From: Alphaproteobacteria bacterium
GTDB taxonomy: Bacteria > Pseudomonadota > Alphaproteobacteria > Micavibrionales > UBA2020
Length of the DNA: 43,788 nucleotides
Direction: 5' to 3'
Assembly (NCBI GenBank): GCA_029266795.1
Contig: JAQSWE010000003.1
Span: 1 to 43,788, forward strand
The notes under the pieces are model-generated. The model saw only the letters and a program-made list of their open reading frames with translations. It made no database searches and was not told the DNA's origin. This document shows, one piece after another, positions 8,279 to 16,304 of this stretch (position 1 is the first letter of the stretch; each line of letters opens with the position of its first letter). The position numbers were made by a program, and so were the translations under genes.

Positions 8279-10674
8279 GCGGCGGCTTTGCCTTTCTTGA
8301 TCGAATAGACGCAAGCGCCCGGCAATTTTTTCATCTTGCCCTCCAGCCCCGACACGCTCGTGATATCGATGAAAACAAATCCCGCGCCCAAGCCGGATTT
8401 TCCGATAAATTCGCCGAGTTCAGCCTGCAGTTTTTTCTGGGTCATGAACATCGACTGCTTCAGGCGGAAGGCGACGAGATAGGCGGGATATTCCGGCAGG
8501 TATCTCACTTTCTTCTGCGCGATATAGACGCTGTGCAGCGATTTATGCTTGGCGCAATGTTCTGCGATCGCCTTAACCGTTGCCTCCGGCAGGCCATGTG
8601 GCAGGTAACTATCCGTCGCCAGCACGATCTCGCGCTCCTCCGCCCCCGCCTGACGTTCGTATTCCCATGCCGTCAGCCGGTCTTCCCAGGCTTTGGCTTC
8701 ATCTTTACGGTTGTACTTGTGGAAAAAGGCGATGGCATGGTTGCACGCGCTGGGGAGACCCTGCGGGTCTTTCGCCAGCAACTGCTCCAGCAGCGGGAGC
8801 TGGGTGTCATCTCCTGCCGCCAGTTTCAGTCCCGCAATATTCATTTGCGCGACATTGTTTTCGGGCTCGCGGCGCAGTATTTCCTCGCAAGCCGCGATGA
8901 TGGCGGCATCATCCTTGGCGCGGTCTGCGGCGGCGACCACTTCGTCCAGTTCCTCGCGCGTCAGTTCCGGCAAGGTCTTTTGCTTCAATTCAGCATAGCG
9001 CGCGGTCACGTGAAGATGCTCGTTATGCGCGGCTTCCCAATGCGGGCGCGCGGTTTCAAGCCATTCGGCGTTGAAAATACCCGCCAGCTTTTCCTCCGAC
9101 GCGCCCAGCAATTCGCGGGCGGCGCTGTTCGCGACAGGTTGCGGCGGGATGAAGCCGAAGCCGAGCGCCTTGACCCGCTCCATCAGTGTCGGGTGCGTGC
9201 TGGAATAGCCTGCTTCTTCCTTCGTTACCGTCTCGATCGTTTCGTTCTGGTCGCGCGAGGCGCCGAAGAATCCGGCAAGTGCGGTATAGGGCGCTTCACC
9301 TGTGGGGTCGGGGGACGTTTCGGTTTTTTTCCATTGGTCGCGCCAGTACATCGTCGCTGTTTCATGGTCGCGCACGGCGACGGCGGAGAGGGCGGATGCC
9401 GCATTCTCCGCGCCCGCCAGTTTCGCGGCAAAGGCATCGGCCTCGTATTCACATCTGCGCGACAAGGCAAAACTATAGGCGCTGAAAACGCCGATAAACC
9501 AGTTGTAAAAACGGTTAAGTTTCAGCGCATACCACATATGTTCGAACTGCAAACGGTCGCCCAGGATCAGCCAGCTGGTGCGGATGCGGTAAATCCATTG
9601 ACCCAGCGCATTGTCCTTTGCCGCCACATGGCCGTATTCATGCCCGACCACCGCGCCAAGCTGCGGCAGCGTCAGCGCCTGCATCAACGGCAATCCCAAA
9701 GTAAGCGTCACAGGACCGAAGCCGAAGAAGCCGAAGAAGCCGGTGTCGCGCGAGACGCTCGCATTGATTTCGTTGCTGATATAGACCCGCTGGAAACGCG
9801 GCCCTTGCGCCTTTTCAATGATGCGGTTCAGGAATTCGAAGAGCTTCGGCGCGTCCTGTGGGTGGATTTCGATGCCGGGCGGCGGAAAATTGGGAAGCAG
9901 CAGCGATTTCGCCATGATAAAGGAAAAGCCGATCGGCACCGCCGCAAGGATGAAGGCGAGCTTCGCCGCACCGGCATTCGCCCCCGTCAGCACCAGCACC
10001 GCCGCGCCAAGGCCAAGCCCGACCGGTATCATCAGCAATATAGCGCCGAAGACGACGCTGTACCCCAGCAGCGCGAGGCGCACCGTGCGTTTCTTGAGCC
10101 AGACGGGATCAGCCTTCGCCTTGGCCTCGACTAGCTTCACGAGATTCACGAAGTTGTCATCGCGCTGCTTGCGCTCCTGCGGCGTGATGATGCGGATATC
10201 ATCGGCAACCATCCAGAGCAGGTAAAGCGGCGGCAGCAGCAGCACGAGGAAAAAACCCATGATGAAATGCCAGTTGAAGCGCAGGCCGAACAACGAAAAG
10301 CGCATTGACTGGTCATGCGCGATGTCCCATTCAGTGACGAAGGGCAGCTGCGCCATGCCGGTTTCGAACACGCGGCCTTTCTTGACCTGATGCCGCTTCG
10401 ATTTGCCGCTATACATCCATTCGATGAAATCGGCCTGCAGCGTGAATTCGCGGGTGCCGATCGCGCCCGTCAGCAGCATGCGCGGCGGGAAGCTCGACCA
10501 GTCCATCTGGCGCGAGACATATTTCCAGTCATAGGGGCCCTGCCATTTCACGATGCCCTGCGCCTGCGATAATTTTTCCATCGGCAATTGCGTGGTCGCA
10601 TTGGTGGTGGCGAACAGCAGCGCCGCCGGCCAGATGACGAAAAAAATGATGGTACAGATAATGCGTTTCAACAT
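8275..10674 (-). CDS. M48-family (HtpX-like) zinc metalloprotease, polytopic membrane protein with long C-terminal helical-repeat domain, 799 aa
   Basis: HExxH motif in LGAVVGHEYGHVAAKD. Several hydrophobic helices flank the core (FIMGFFLVLLLPPLYLLWMV, LALLGYSVVFGAILLMIPVGLGLGAAVLVL, LAFILAAVPIGFSFIMA). A downstream EYEAD acidic motif is typical of M48. The C-terminal ~330 aa are TPR-like. Confidence 0.8.
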   Translation of the reverse strand: MLKRIICTIIFFVIWPAALLFATTNATTQLPMEKLSQAQGIVKWQGPYDWKYVSRQMDWSSFPPRMLLTGAIGTREFTLQADFIEWMYSGKSKRHQVKKGRVFETGMAQLPFVTEWDIAHDQSMRFSLFGLRFNWHFIMGFFLVLLLPPLYLLWMVADDIRIITPQERKQRDDNFVNLVKLVEAKAKADPVWLKKRTVRLALLGYSVVFGAILLMIPVGLGLGAAVLVLTGANAGAAKLAFILAAVPIGFSFIMAKSLLLPNFPPPGIEIHPQDAPKLFEFLNRIIEKAQGPRFQRVYISNEINASVSRDTGFFGFFGFGPVTLTLGLPLMQALTLPQLGAVVGHEYGHVAAKDNALGQWIYRIRTSWLILGDRLQFEHMWYALKLNRFYNWFIGVFSAYSFALSRRCEYEADAFAAKLAGAENAASALSAVAVRDHETATMYWRDQWKKTETSPDPTGEAPYTALAGFFGASRDQNETIETVTKEEAGYSSTHPTLMERVKALGFGFIPPQPVANSAARELLGASEEKLAGIFNAEWLETARPHWEAAHNEHLHVTARYAELKQKTLPELTREELDEVVAAADRAKDDAAIIAACEEILRREPENNVAQMNIAGLKLAAGDDTQLPLLEQLLAKDPQGLPSACNHAIAFFHKYNRKDEAKAWEDRLTAWEYERQAGAEEREIVLATDSYLPHGLPEATVKAIAEHCAKHKSLHSVYIAQKKVRYLPEYPAYLVAFRLKQSMFMTQKKLQAELGEFIGKSGLGAGFVFIDITSVSGLEGKMKKLPGACVYSIKKGKAAA

Positions 10675-10737
10675 GGGGAGACTCCGGAATGTCCGTCCCT
10701 ATTCTAAATACCGGAGTTTAAAGAAACTCTAACTGGA

Positions 10738-11763
10738 TTATGGCGAATGCGGGCGCGGCGCAGCGCCCGATGCCGGTTTCGGCGGCGCAGGATGAAGCGC
10801 GGCGCGGATTTTGATCACCAGTTCATCCTTGTCGAATTCCGTATAGCGCAGGTGCCACGGCTTCCCCTCGCCTTCGCCCGCGCGCTCCTGATAGAGCAGG
10901 CCCAATTTGTCGCCCCTATCCACCGTATCGGGATGCCCGTTTTCGCCCGTGCCTTCGGGATAGGCGGTCGGCTCCACCGGTGTATCCATCGCGGTAAAGG
11001 GACCGCTCGCGGTTTTCGATCCCGCGAAGAACACGCGCTGGCGCGTGCCGCGCTCGGACAAGTCTTTGTCGAGAAACGCGACGCCGACCATCAGGAAGGC
11101 ATCATCGGCCAGTTGCACAACCTTCGCCCCCTCCAGCCCCCATTCGTAATTGGCGCTGCCCGGCTTGTTGTGGAACGGCACGTCTTCCTGTTTCAGCGAC
11201 AGGACAGGCGCTTCCCACGCAGCTGTGCCTTTTTCGCGCAACGATGTATAGACATCGCCGCAGCCAAGGCTGCGATAGCCGGAAAATGTCATGCAGTCAT
11301 AGTCCCGCCCGCCGATTTTGACGTCGGACAAAGCAACGTCATACAGGCTCAACACCGGAAAATCTCCCTGCGGCACATCAACCGCCGTCATCGCGGGCAG
11401 CGGGGCGCCGATAAAATTCCTGCCATCCACCGATGTCGCCTGCGCGATCACGCCGGTCGTGCTGAAGCAACTGGTCTGGATCAGCATGTCCCATGTGCCG
11501 TCTTTATTAAGAACGACAGCGGGCGCCACCACTTCGGGCCCCGGCACATTGGTAATGACTGTCGGCTCCAGCTCCTGCCACGGGCCGCCCGGATGATCGG
11601 CCTTGAACCGCCCGACGCACCACGGTTTGTCCTTCTCCGCGCCGTAGCTGGCGAACATATAATAGCTGCCATCGGGGGCGTGGACGACGCTCGGGTCCTT
11701 GATCTCGAAATAGCCGGTGTCGATGTCGTTCAGGCGGCGGAATGCGACGCGGTGTGAGATCAT
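10738..11763 (-). CDS. hypothetical beta-propeller protein (GH43/GH32-superfamily-like), 341 aa
   Basis: IKDPSVVHAPDGSYYMFASY and repeated DG(T/S)W-type blade starts suggest a 5-bladed propeller. I chose ATG 11763 (MISHRVAF...) over track start 11931, which would overlap the next gene. The family call is weak. Confidence 0.4.
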   Translation of the reverse strand: MISHRVAFRRLNDIDTGYFEIKDPSVVHAPDGSYYMFASYGAEKDKPWCVGRFKADHPGGPWQELEPTVITNVPGPEVVAPAVVLNKDGTWDMLIQTSCFSTTGVIAQATSVDGRNFIGAPLPAMTAVDVPQGDFPVLSLYDVALSDVKIGGRDYDCMTFSGYRSLGCGDVYTSLREKGTAAWEAPVLSLKQEDVPFHNKPGSANYEWGLEGAKVVQLADDAFLMVGVAFLDKDLSERGTRQRVFFAGSKTASGPFTAMDTPVEPTAYPEGTGENGHPDTVDRGDKLGLLYQERAGEGEGKPWHLRYTEFDKDELVIKIRAALHPAPPKPASGAAPRPHSP

Positions 11764-11878
11764 GGCGGTTTTCCAAAAATGTTTGATACGGAAATCTATC
11801 GCGTGCGGCTGCGCATAACAACCCGCTATCGGCCTGTTCAACTTTCTGGTCAACGTCGGCTCGAAAGAGATCGCGATC

Positions 11879-13787
11879 ATGGAGCAGCGCTTCTTCGGCA
11901 AGGAGCTGGACCCCGGCCACGTCTTCGCCATGCGCGGTGAAGTCGGTTTGAAAGCCGCCTATCTTTCCCCCGGCCTGCATGTCGTGCCATGGCCGATCGT
12001 GCGTGTTGTTTACAAACCAGATTTCCTCACCATCGGCGCGGATGAGCTTGGCATCGTCGAGGCAACAGACGGGCAGGCCTTGTCATCGGGCCGCATTTTC
12101 GCCGACGACCCCGCCGGAGAATCACACAACAATTTCCAGGACCCGCTCGCTTTCATCGCCAATGGCGGCATTCGCGGCAAACAGCTGCGCTTCCTCACGA
12201 ACGGCACGTTCAAGATCAACCCCTATCTGTTCAAGGTCGGCAAGATCAAGAAAACCTTCATCCCCGAAGGCTCGATCGGCGTCGTGACGGCATCGGACGG
12301 CGCGCCCCTGAACCGCCTGCTGGGCCATAGCGTCTCCGGCCACGACAACTTCCAGAAAGCGGAATCATTTCTGAAGAATGGCGGCCAGAAGGGCCCGCAG
12401 ATCGATTTCCTGCGCCCCGGTACCTATAACATCAACACCGAAATCTTCCGCGTCGAAGTGCGCGAGGCGATCAAGGTGGGCGAAAACGAAATCGGCGTCG
12501 TCGATGCGCGCGACGGTCTGCCCATGAACGAACACGAAGTCGTCGTGCAAACGCCTGAACACCACGACAATTTCCAGGACGGCGAAAAATTCCTGAAAAA
12601 TGGCGGCCAGCGCGGACCGCAGGAAAATATCCTCACGCCCGGTACCTATTACATCAACCCCTACCTGTTTTCCGTCACAAAACATAAACAGACGACGATC
12701 AAGCAAGGCGAAGTCGGCGTGATGATTTCCAACATCGGCAAGGACCCGTCGGAATTCAACACGCCGGAACGCCAGGCCGAAGACGCCTCCGACGACAAGG
12801 GGCGCACGCGCCACGTGGTCAGCCGCGGTTTCCGCGGCATCCAGCGCGAAGTGCTTGGACCCGGCTCCTACAACATCAACCCGCTCGCCTATTACGTCAT
12901 CATCATCCCGACCGTGACCCGTTCCGTCGAATGGAGCGCGGAGAGCAATCAGGCGGCGGGCGCCGCGAGCTTCGATCCGTTCCAGGTCGTATCTCACGAC
13001 GGCTTCCCGATGCAGGTGGAAGTGCGCTGCCAGTACCGCATCCTGCCGGAAAACGCGCCCTATGTGGTGCAGAAGATCGGCAGCGTGGCGCAGCTGGAAT
13101 CGAACGTGCTGCACCCGCAGATCGACGGTATCTTCCGCGCGCAGGTCGCGCGCAGCCCCGCCATCGCATACCAGCAGAACCGTGCCGAAGAGCAGAAAAT
13201 GGCCGAAGAAGCCGTGCGCGTCGACCTTGCCAAATACCGCGTCGAGCCTGATGCGCACCACGCAGCAGAAAAACTTGGCCGAGCAGGAAAAATCGATGTA
13301 CGACGCGAAGAAGGAAGCCGAGACGCGCCGTATCCAGTTCGAAAAAACCAAGACCGAGGCCGACCAGCAGGTGCAGATCATCACCGCCGAGGCCGGCATC
13401 CTTGTCGCCCAGCACGAAGCCAAGCAGACCGAAGAACGCGCCCGCGGCGACGCCGCCCGCGTCCGCATGCTGGCCGAAGCCGAAGCCACGAAAACGCAGC
13501 GCATCGGCGACGCCGAAGCCGCGATCATTCAGGCGAAGGGCGAAGCGCAGGCGAAAGCCTACCGCGATCAGGCAAGCGCGCTGACCGCATCGGGCGTGAC
13601 GACCGTAGAGGTCATCAAGGCGATCTCGCTCGCCGGATTGAAAATCACTCCCGACATCCTTGTTGCCGGATCATCCGACAACAATGCGGGTGGCGGCGGC
13701 GGTGGCGGGCTCGTGCAGGTATTGCTGGGCCGCATGTTGCAGGAAACCAAGCAGGCGAATAGCAACACCGGCGGAAAAGCGGCGTAA
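11879..13787 (+). pseudogene. SPFH/flotillin-like gene, disrupted: frame switch near 13241-13256 and no N-terminal membrane anchor
   Basis: Frame A (11879..~13247) carries repeat units and an SPFH core (DGFPMQVEVRCQYRILPENAPYVVQKIGS). The flotillin-type Ala/Glu/Gln-rich coiled coil (LMRTTQQKNLAEQEKSMYDAKKEAETRRIQFEKTKTEADQQ...KAISLAGLKITPDILV) continues only in the +1 frame (track ORF 13062..13787). Coding-looking sequence (PAIGLFNFLVNVGSKEIAI) precedes the ATG but is cut by TAA at 11816-11818. Confidence 0.6.
12044..12900 (+). repeat. four tandem ~72-74-codon intragenic repeat units inside the SPFH-like gene
   Basis: The motif (G)VV.A.DG.P(L/M) ... H(N/D)NFQ....F(I/L).NGG(I/Q).G.Q...L.(N/P)GT(F/Y).IN...F.V recurs. 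The H-(N/D)-N codons sit at 12125, 12341 and 12563 (spacings 216 and 222 nt). A degenerate fourth unit ends in GPGSYNINPLAYYV. Confidence 0.75.
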
Positions 13788-13790
13788 GCT

Positions 13791-14108
13791 TCACATCGGG
13801 TAGAAGAACGAGCCCACAAAAGTGAGGATGGCCCCCGCCAGTCCGATGGCGCCCAGTATAACGCATGTCCGCCGCGGCAGTTTCAGCTGCATGGCAAGAG
13901 CCGTCAGCACGATCAGTCCCAAGAATACGTACCCCGTGCCGTGCAGGACAGCCGCCGCGCCCTCAAGCGTATACGCGCCGCTATACCGCGTCGAGCCTGT
14001 GTAATGGCCGGTGACGATTGCCACAACACCCCGTCCCGCCAGTAGCAGGGCGAGGAATGACAGGATGACGGCAAAAATCCATTCCGCAGGTTTTTTTGGC
14101 TTTTCCAT
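13791..14108 (-). CDS. small hypothetical membrane protein (3 predicted TM helices), 105 aa
   Basis: WIFAVILSFLALLLAG, VFLGLIVLTALAMQL and VILGAIGLAGAILTFVGSFF are hydrophobic helices. The ATG lies 10 nt after the stop of the FAD oxidase gene, with GGAAGTGA just upstream as RBS, so it is probably the last gene of that operon. Confidence 0.55.
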   Translation of the reverse strand: MEKPKKPAEWIFAVILSFLALLLAGRGVVAIVTGHYTGSTRYSGAYTLEGAAAVLHGTGYVFLGLIVLTALAMQLKLPRRTCVILGAIGLAGAILTFVGSFFYPM

Positions 14109-14118
14109 TTTTCACTTC

Positions 14119-15579
14119 CTAACTGAACATCTTTTTGTAGTGGCTATACCAATCGCTCTGGAAAAGCTCTTTCGGGTCGTAGTCGCGTTTCAACGACAGC
14201 AGGCGTTTCAGTTTCGGATAGGCTTTTTCGACCTGTTCCTTCAGCGCCCAGCGATGATAGGTGAGGTAATAGCTGCCGCCCATATTGATGGCGATGTCGT
14301 AAAGGCGGCGGAAATTGTTTTGCGCCTCGATAATGCCGTCGGGCGTATGCACGACATAGAGGTTGAAAATGATGCAGGCGTAATCCTCACGCGCCCAGGG
14401 CAGGAAGCTTTCCTCGTCTTTGAGAATAAAGCGCACAGTGCCATAGATGATGTTCATGCCGCTTTCCAGCGCGGCCTTACGCGCGGCTTCCATGAATTCT
14501 GCGAATTTGGCGCGCGGGACATAGACCTCGCTGAGCATCAGCGACGATCCCGCTGCCTCGCCGCGTTCCCTGGCGAATTCGCGGTTGAAGTCTTTGAGAT
14601 AGATGCCTGTCTGGTGCGCATCCGACCAATAGACCTGATTATTGGTTTCAAGATAATGATCGCGATACACTTCATAGGCGCGTTTCTTGTCGAGATGCGC
14701 AAGGCGGTAGAGCCCCTTCCACGCGTCGAGGACAAGATCGTGCGACGCCGCCGACACCGGCGTATCGTCCGGCACGGGTACATAACAGGTGAAGATGCCG
14801 CGCCGCATGAAATCATCGGATTTCTCGTCCGTCATATACTGGAAGTCGCCATAGAGGTAACCGTCTCTCACGCGTTGCTCGACAGCCGCGATCAGGTCCG
14901 CCGCCGTGATGATCTCAACAACACGCTTCAGTTTAATGCGCTTGCCCAGCCGTAACTTGATCGTGTTAACAATGCCAAACAACCCGTAGCCGCCGATGAC
15001 AAGCTTGAACAATTCCGCATTTTCATCGCGGCTGCAGGTAACGAGTTGTTCATCCGCCGTCAGCAGCGTAAAGGATTCGATATCGCTGATGATCGGCGGC
15101 TTGGTCAGGCTGCGCCCATGGATGTTTGACGCGAGCGCACCGCCAAGCGTCAGGTCATCGGCACCCGTCTGTTTCTGGATGACGCACAGGTCAGGCGCAT
15201 TTTTATTGATATGCGCGATCAACTGCGGCCACATGATGCCGGATTCGACCTCGACGATTTTCGACGCGGCATCGAGCGTCAGCACTTTGTTCATCGACCG
15301 CATGTCGAGCAGCGTGGTATCCGTGCCGAACTGCTGCCCGCCCATGGCATGCCGCGCGCCCGCAATACTGATATTCTGCCCCATGCGTTTCGCATAGCCG
15401 AGCGCACGCAATAACGCGCCGGTATCTTCCGGGGCGATGATTTCGGCGACGGTCGTCGGGTTCAGTTGCGAATGGACGTCGTTCACCACCTCTCCCGCCG
15501 CCAGCAATTGCGCGGGCCGCAGCAGCGGAAATGCGACTCCGGCCATGGCGGTTGTTTTGAGGAAATCACGGCGTTTCAT
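14119..15579 (-). CDS. FAD-binding (PCMH/FAD_binding_4-type) oxidoreductase with Tat signal peptide, 486 aa
   Basis: Twin-arginine signal MKRRDFLKTTAMAGVAFPLLRPAQLLAAG. FAD-domain motifs are ISIAGARHAMGGQ, LTLGGALASNIHG and VIGGYGLFGIV. It is a paralogue of 25809..27326. Confidence 0.8.
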   Translation of the reverse strand: MKRRDFLKTTAMAGVAFPLLRPAQLLAAGEVVNDVHSQLNPTTVAEIIAPEDTGALLRALGYAKRMGQNISIAGARHAMGGQQFGTDTTLLDMRSMNKVLTLDAASKIVEVESGIMWPQLIAHINKNAPDLCVIQKQTGADDLTLGGALASNIHGRSLTKPPIISDIESFTLLTADEQLVTCSRDENAELFKLVIGGYGLFGIVNTIKLRLGKRIKLKRVVEIITAADLIAAVEQRVRDGYLYGDFQYMTDEKSDDFMRRGIFTCYVPVPDDTPVSAASHDLVLDAWKGLYRLAHLDKKRAYEVYRDHYLETNNQVYWSDAHQTGIYLKDFNREFARERGEAAGSSLMLSEVYVPRAKFAEFMEAARKAALESGMNIIYGTVRFILKDEESFLPWAREDYACIIFNLYVVHTPDGIIEAQNNFRRLYDIAINMGGSYYLTYHRWALKEQVEKAYPKLKRLLSLKRDYDPKELFQSDWYSHYKKMFS

Positions 15580-16204
15580 GTTTCGCTCCGGTTAAATGGC
15601 GTGTGCAGATGTAAATGAGGATGATCGCGGTGAACTGGATGAGGTGGAACAGGGCGTTATGGTCGAAATAGACCGGGTGCAGCGCCAGCTTGAAATGCTG
15701 CACACCTGCCCCGATAAAGGTCAGCAGCAGTCCCGCGATGCCGGCCAGCACCGCCCGCGCCTGTGTCTTGCGCCACAGGCAGATAAACCCCGTCATCATG
15801 AACAGCACGGCGGGCAGGTAATTCGCCAGCGCGACCGCAAAGCCTGATTCATATTGGGAAATGTAGATGCAGTAGGCGAGCAATTCCAGCAGCGCGACCC
15901 GCTGCACGATACCCACCCATTTGCCCTGCAACAGCAGCACCGCGCCGACGCACCAGCCCGCCAGCGCCATCACGCCAAGCGATGCGAGCGTCAGCAGCCA
16001 TAAATTGACATGGATCTCCGAGGCAGGATCGGCGAAGAAACCATGCACCAGCGCACCCGCAAAGGCCCCCGTGCCGATACCCGCGAACATCATGAGGAAT
16101 GCGTTGCGCACCGGCGATGACGGCGCGCGCAAAACCAACGCCGCAACGACCGCGCATTCGGCGGCGACAATAAAATCGGTGATGGTGACGGCGGGTTCCA
16201 GCAT
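15566..16204 (-). CDS. hypothetical polytopic membrane protein (about 6-7 TM), 212 aa
   Basis: Almost entirely hydrophobic helices. Its stop overlaps the start of the Tat-FAD oxidase gene by 14 nt (15566-15579), implying co-translation or an operon. Confidence 0.6.
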   Translation of the reverse strand: MLEPAVTITDFIVAAECAVVAALVLRAPSSPVRNAFLMMFAGIGTGAFAGALVHGFFADPASEIHVNLWLLTLASLGVMALAGWCVGAVLLLQGKWVGIVQRVALLELLAYCIYISQYESGFAVALANYLPAVLFMMTGFICLWRKTQARAVLAGIAGLLLTFIGAGVQHFKLALHPVYFDHNALFHLIQFTAIILIYICTRHLTGAKHETP

Positions 16205-16304
16205 TGCTGCAGTGTAACAAAATACTGATATAATTCAATATTTTAACGCTTCCGGTTTTCGCCGGCTCTGCTATACCTGATTATCAAAAATCGGGGAATC
16301 CAAT

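Noticed and set aside
13241-13256. Programmed +1 ribosomal frameshift in the SPFH-like gene.
   Set aside because: No slippery motif, rare or stop-codon pause, or stimulatory structure is evident at GAG-C-CTG-ATG. The gene also lacks its N-terminal anchor, so mutational decay or a sequencing indel fits better.
13690-13710. GGT/GGC run encoding seven consecutive glycines near the SPFH-like C-terminus, as a possible slippage-prone microsatellite or phase-variation tract.
   Set aside because: The codons are mixed (GGT GGC GGC GGC GGT GGC GGG), not a perfect repeat. Glycine-rich linkers are common at the C-terminus of flotillin-like proteins.
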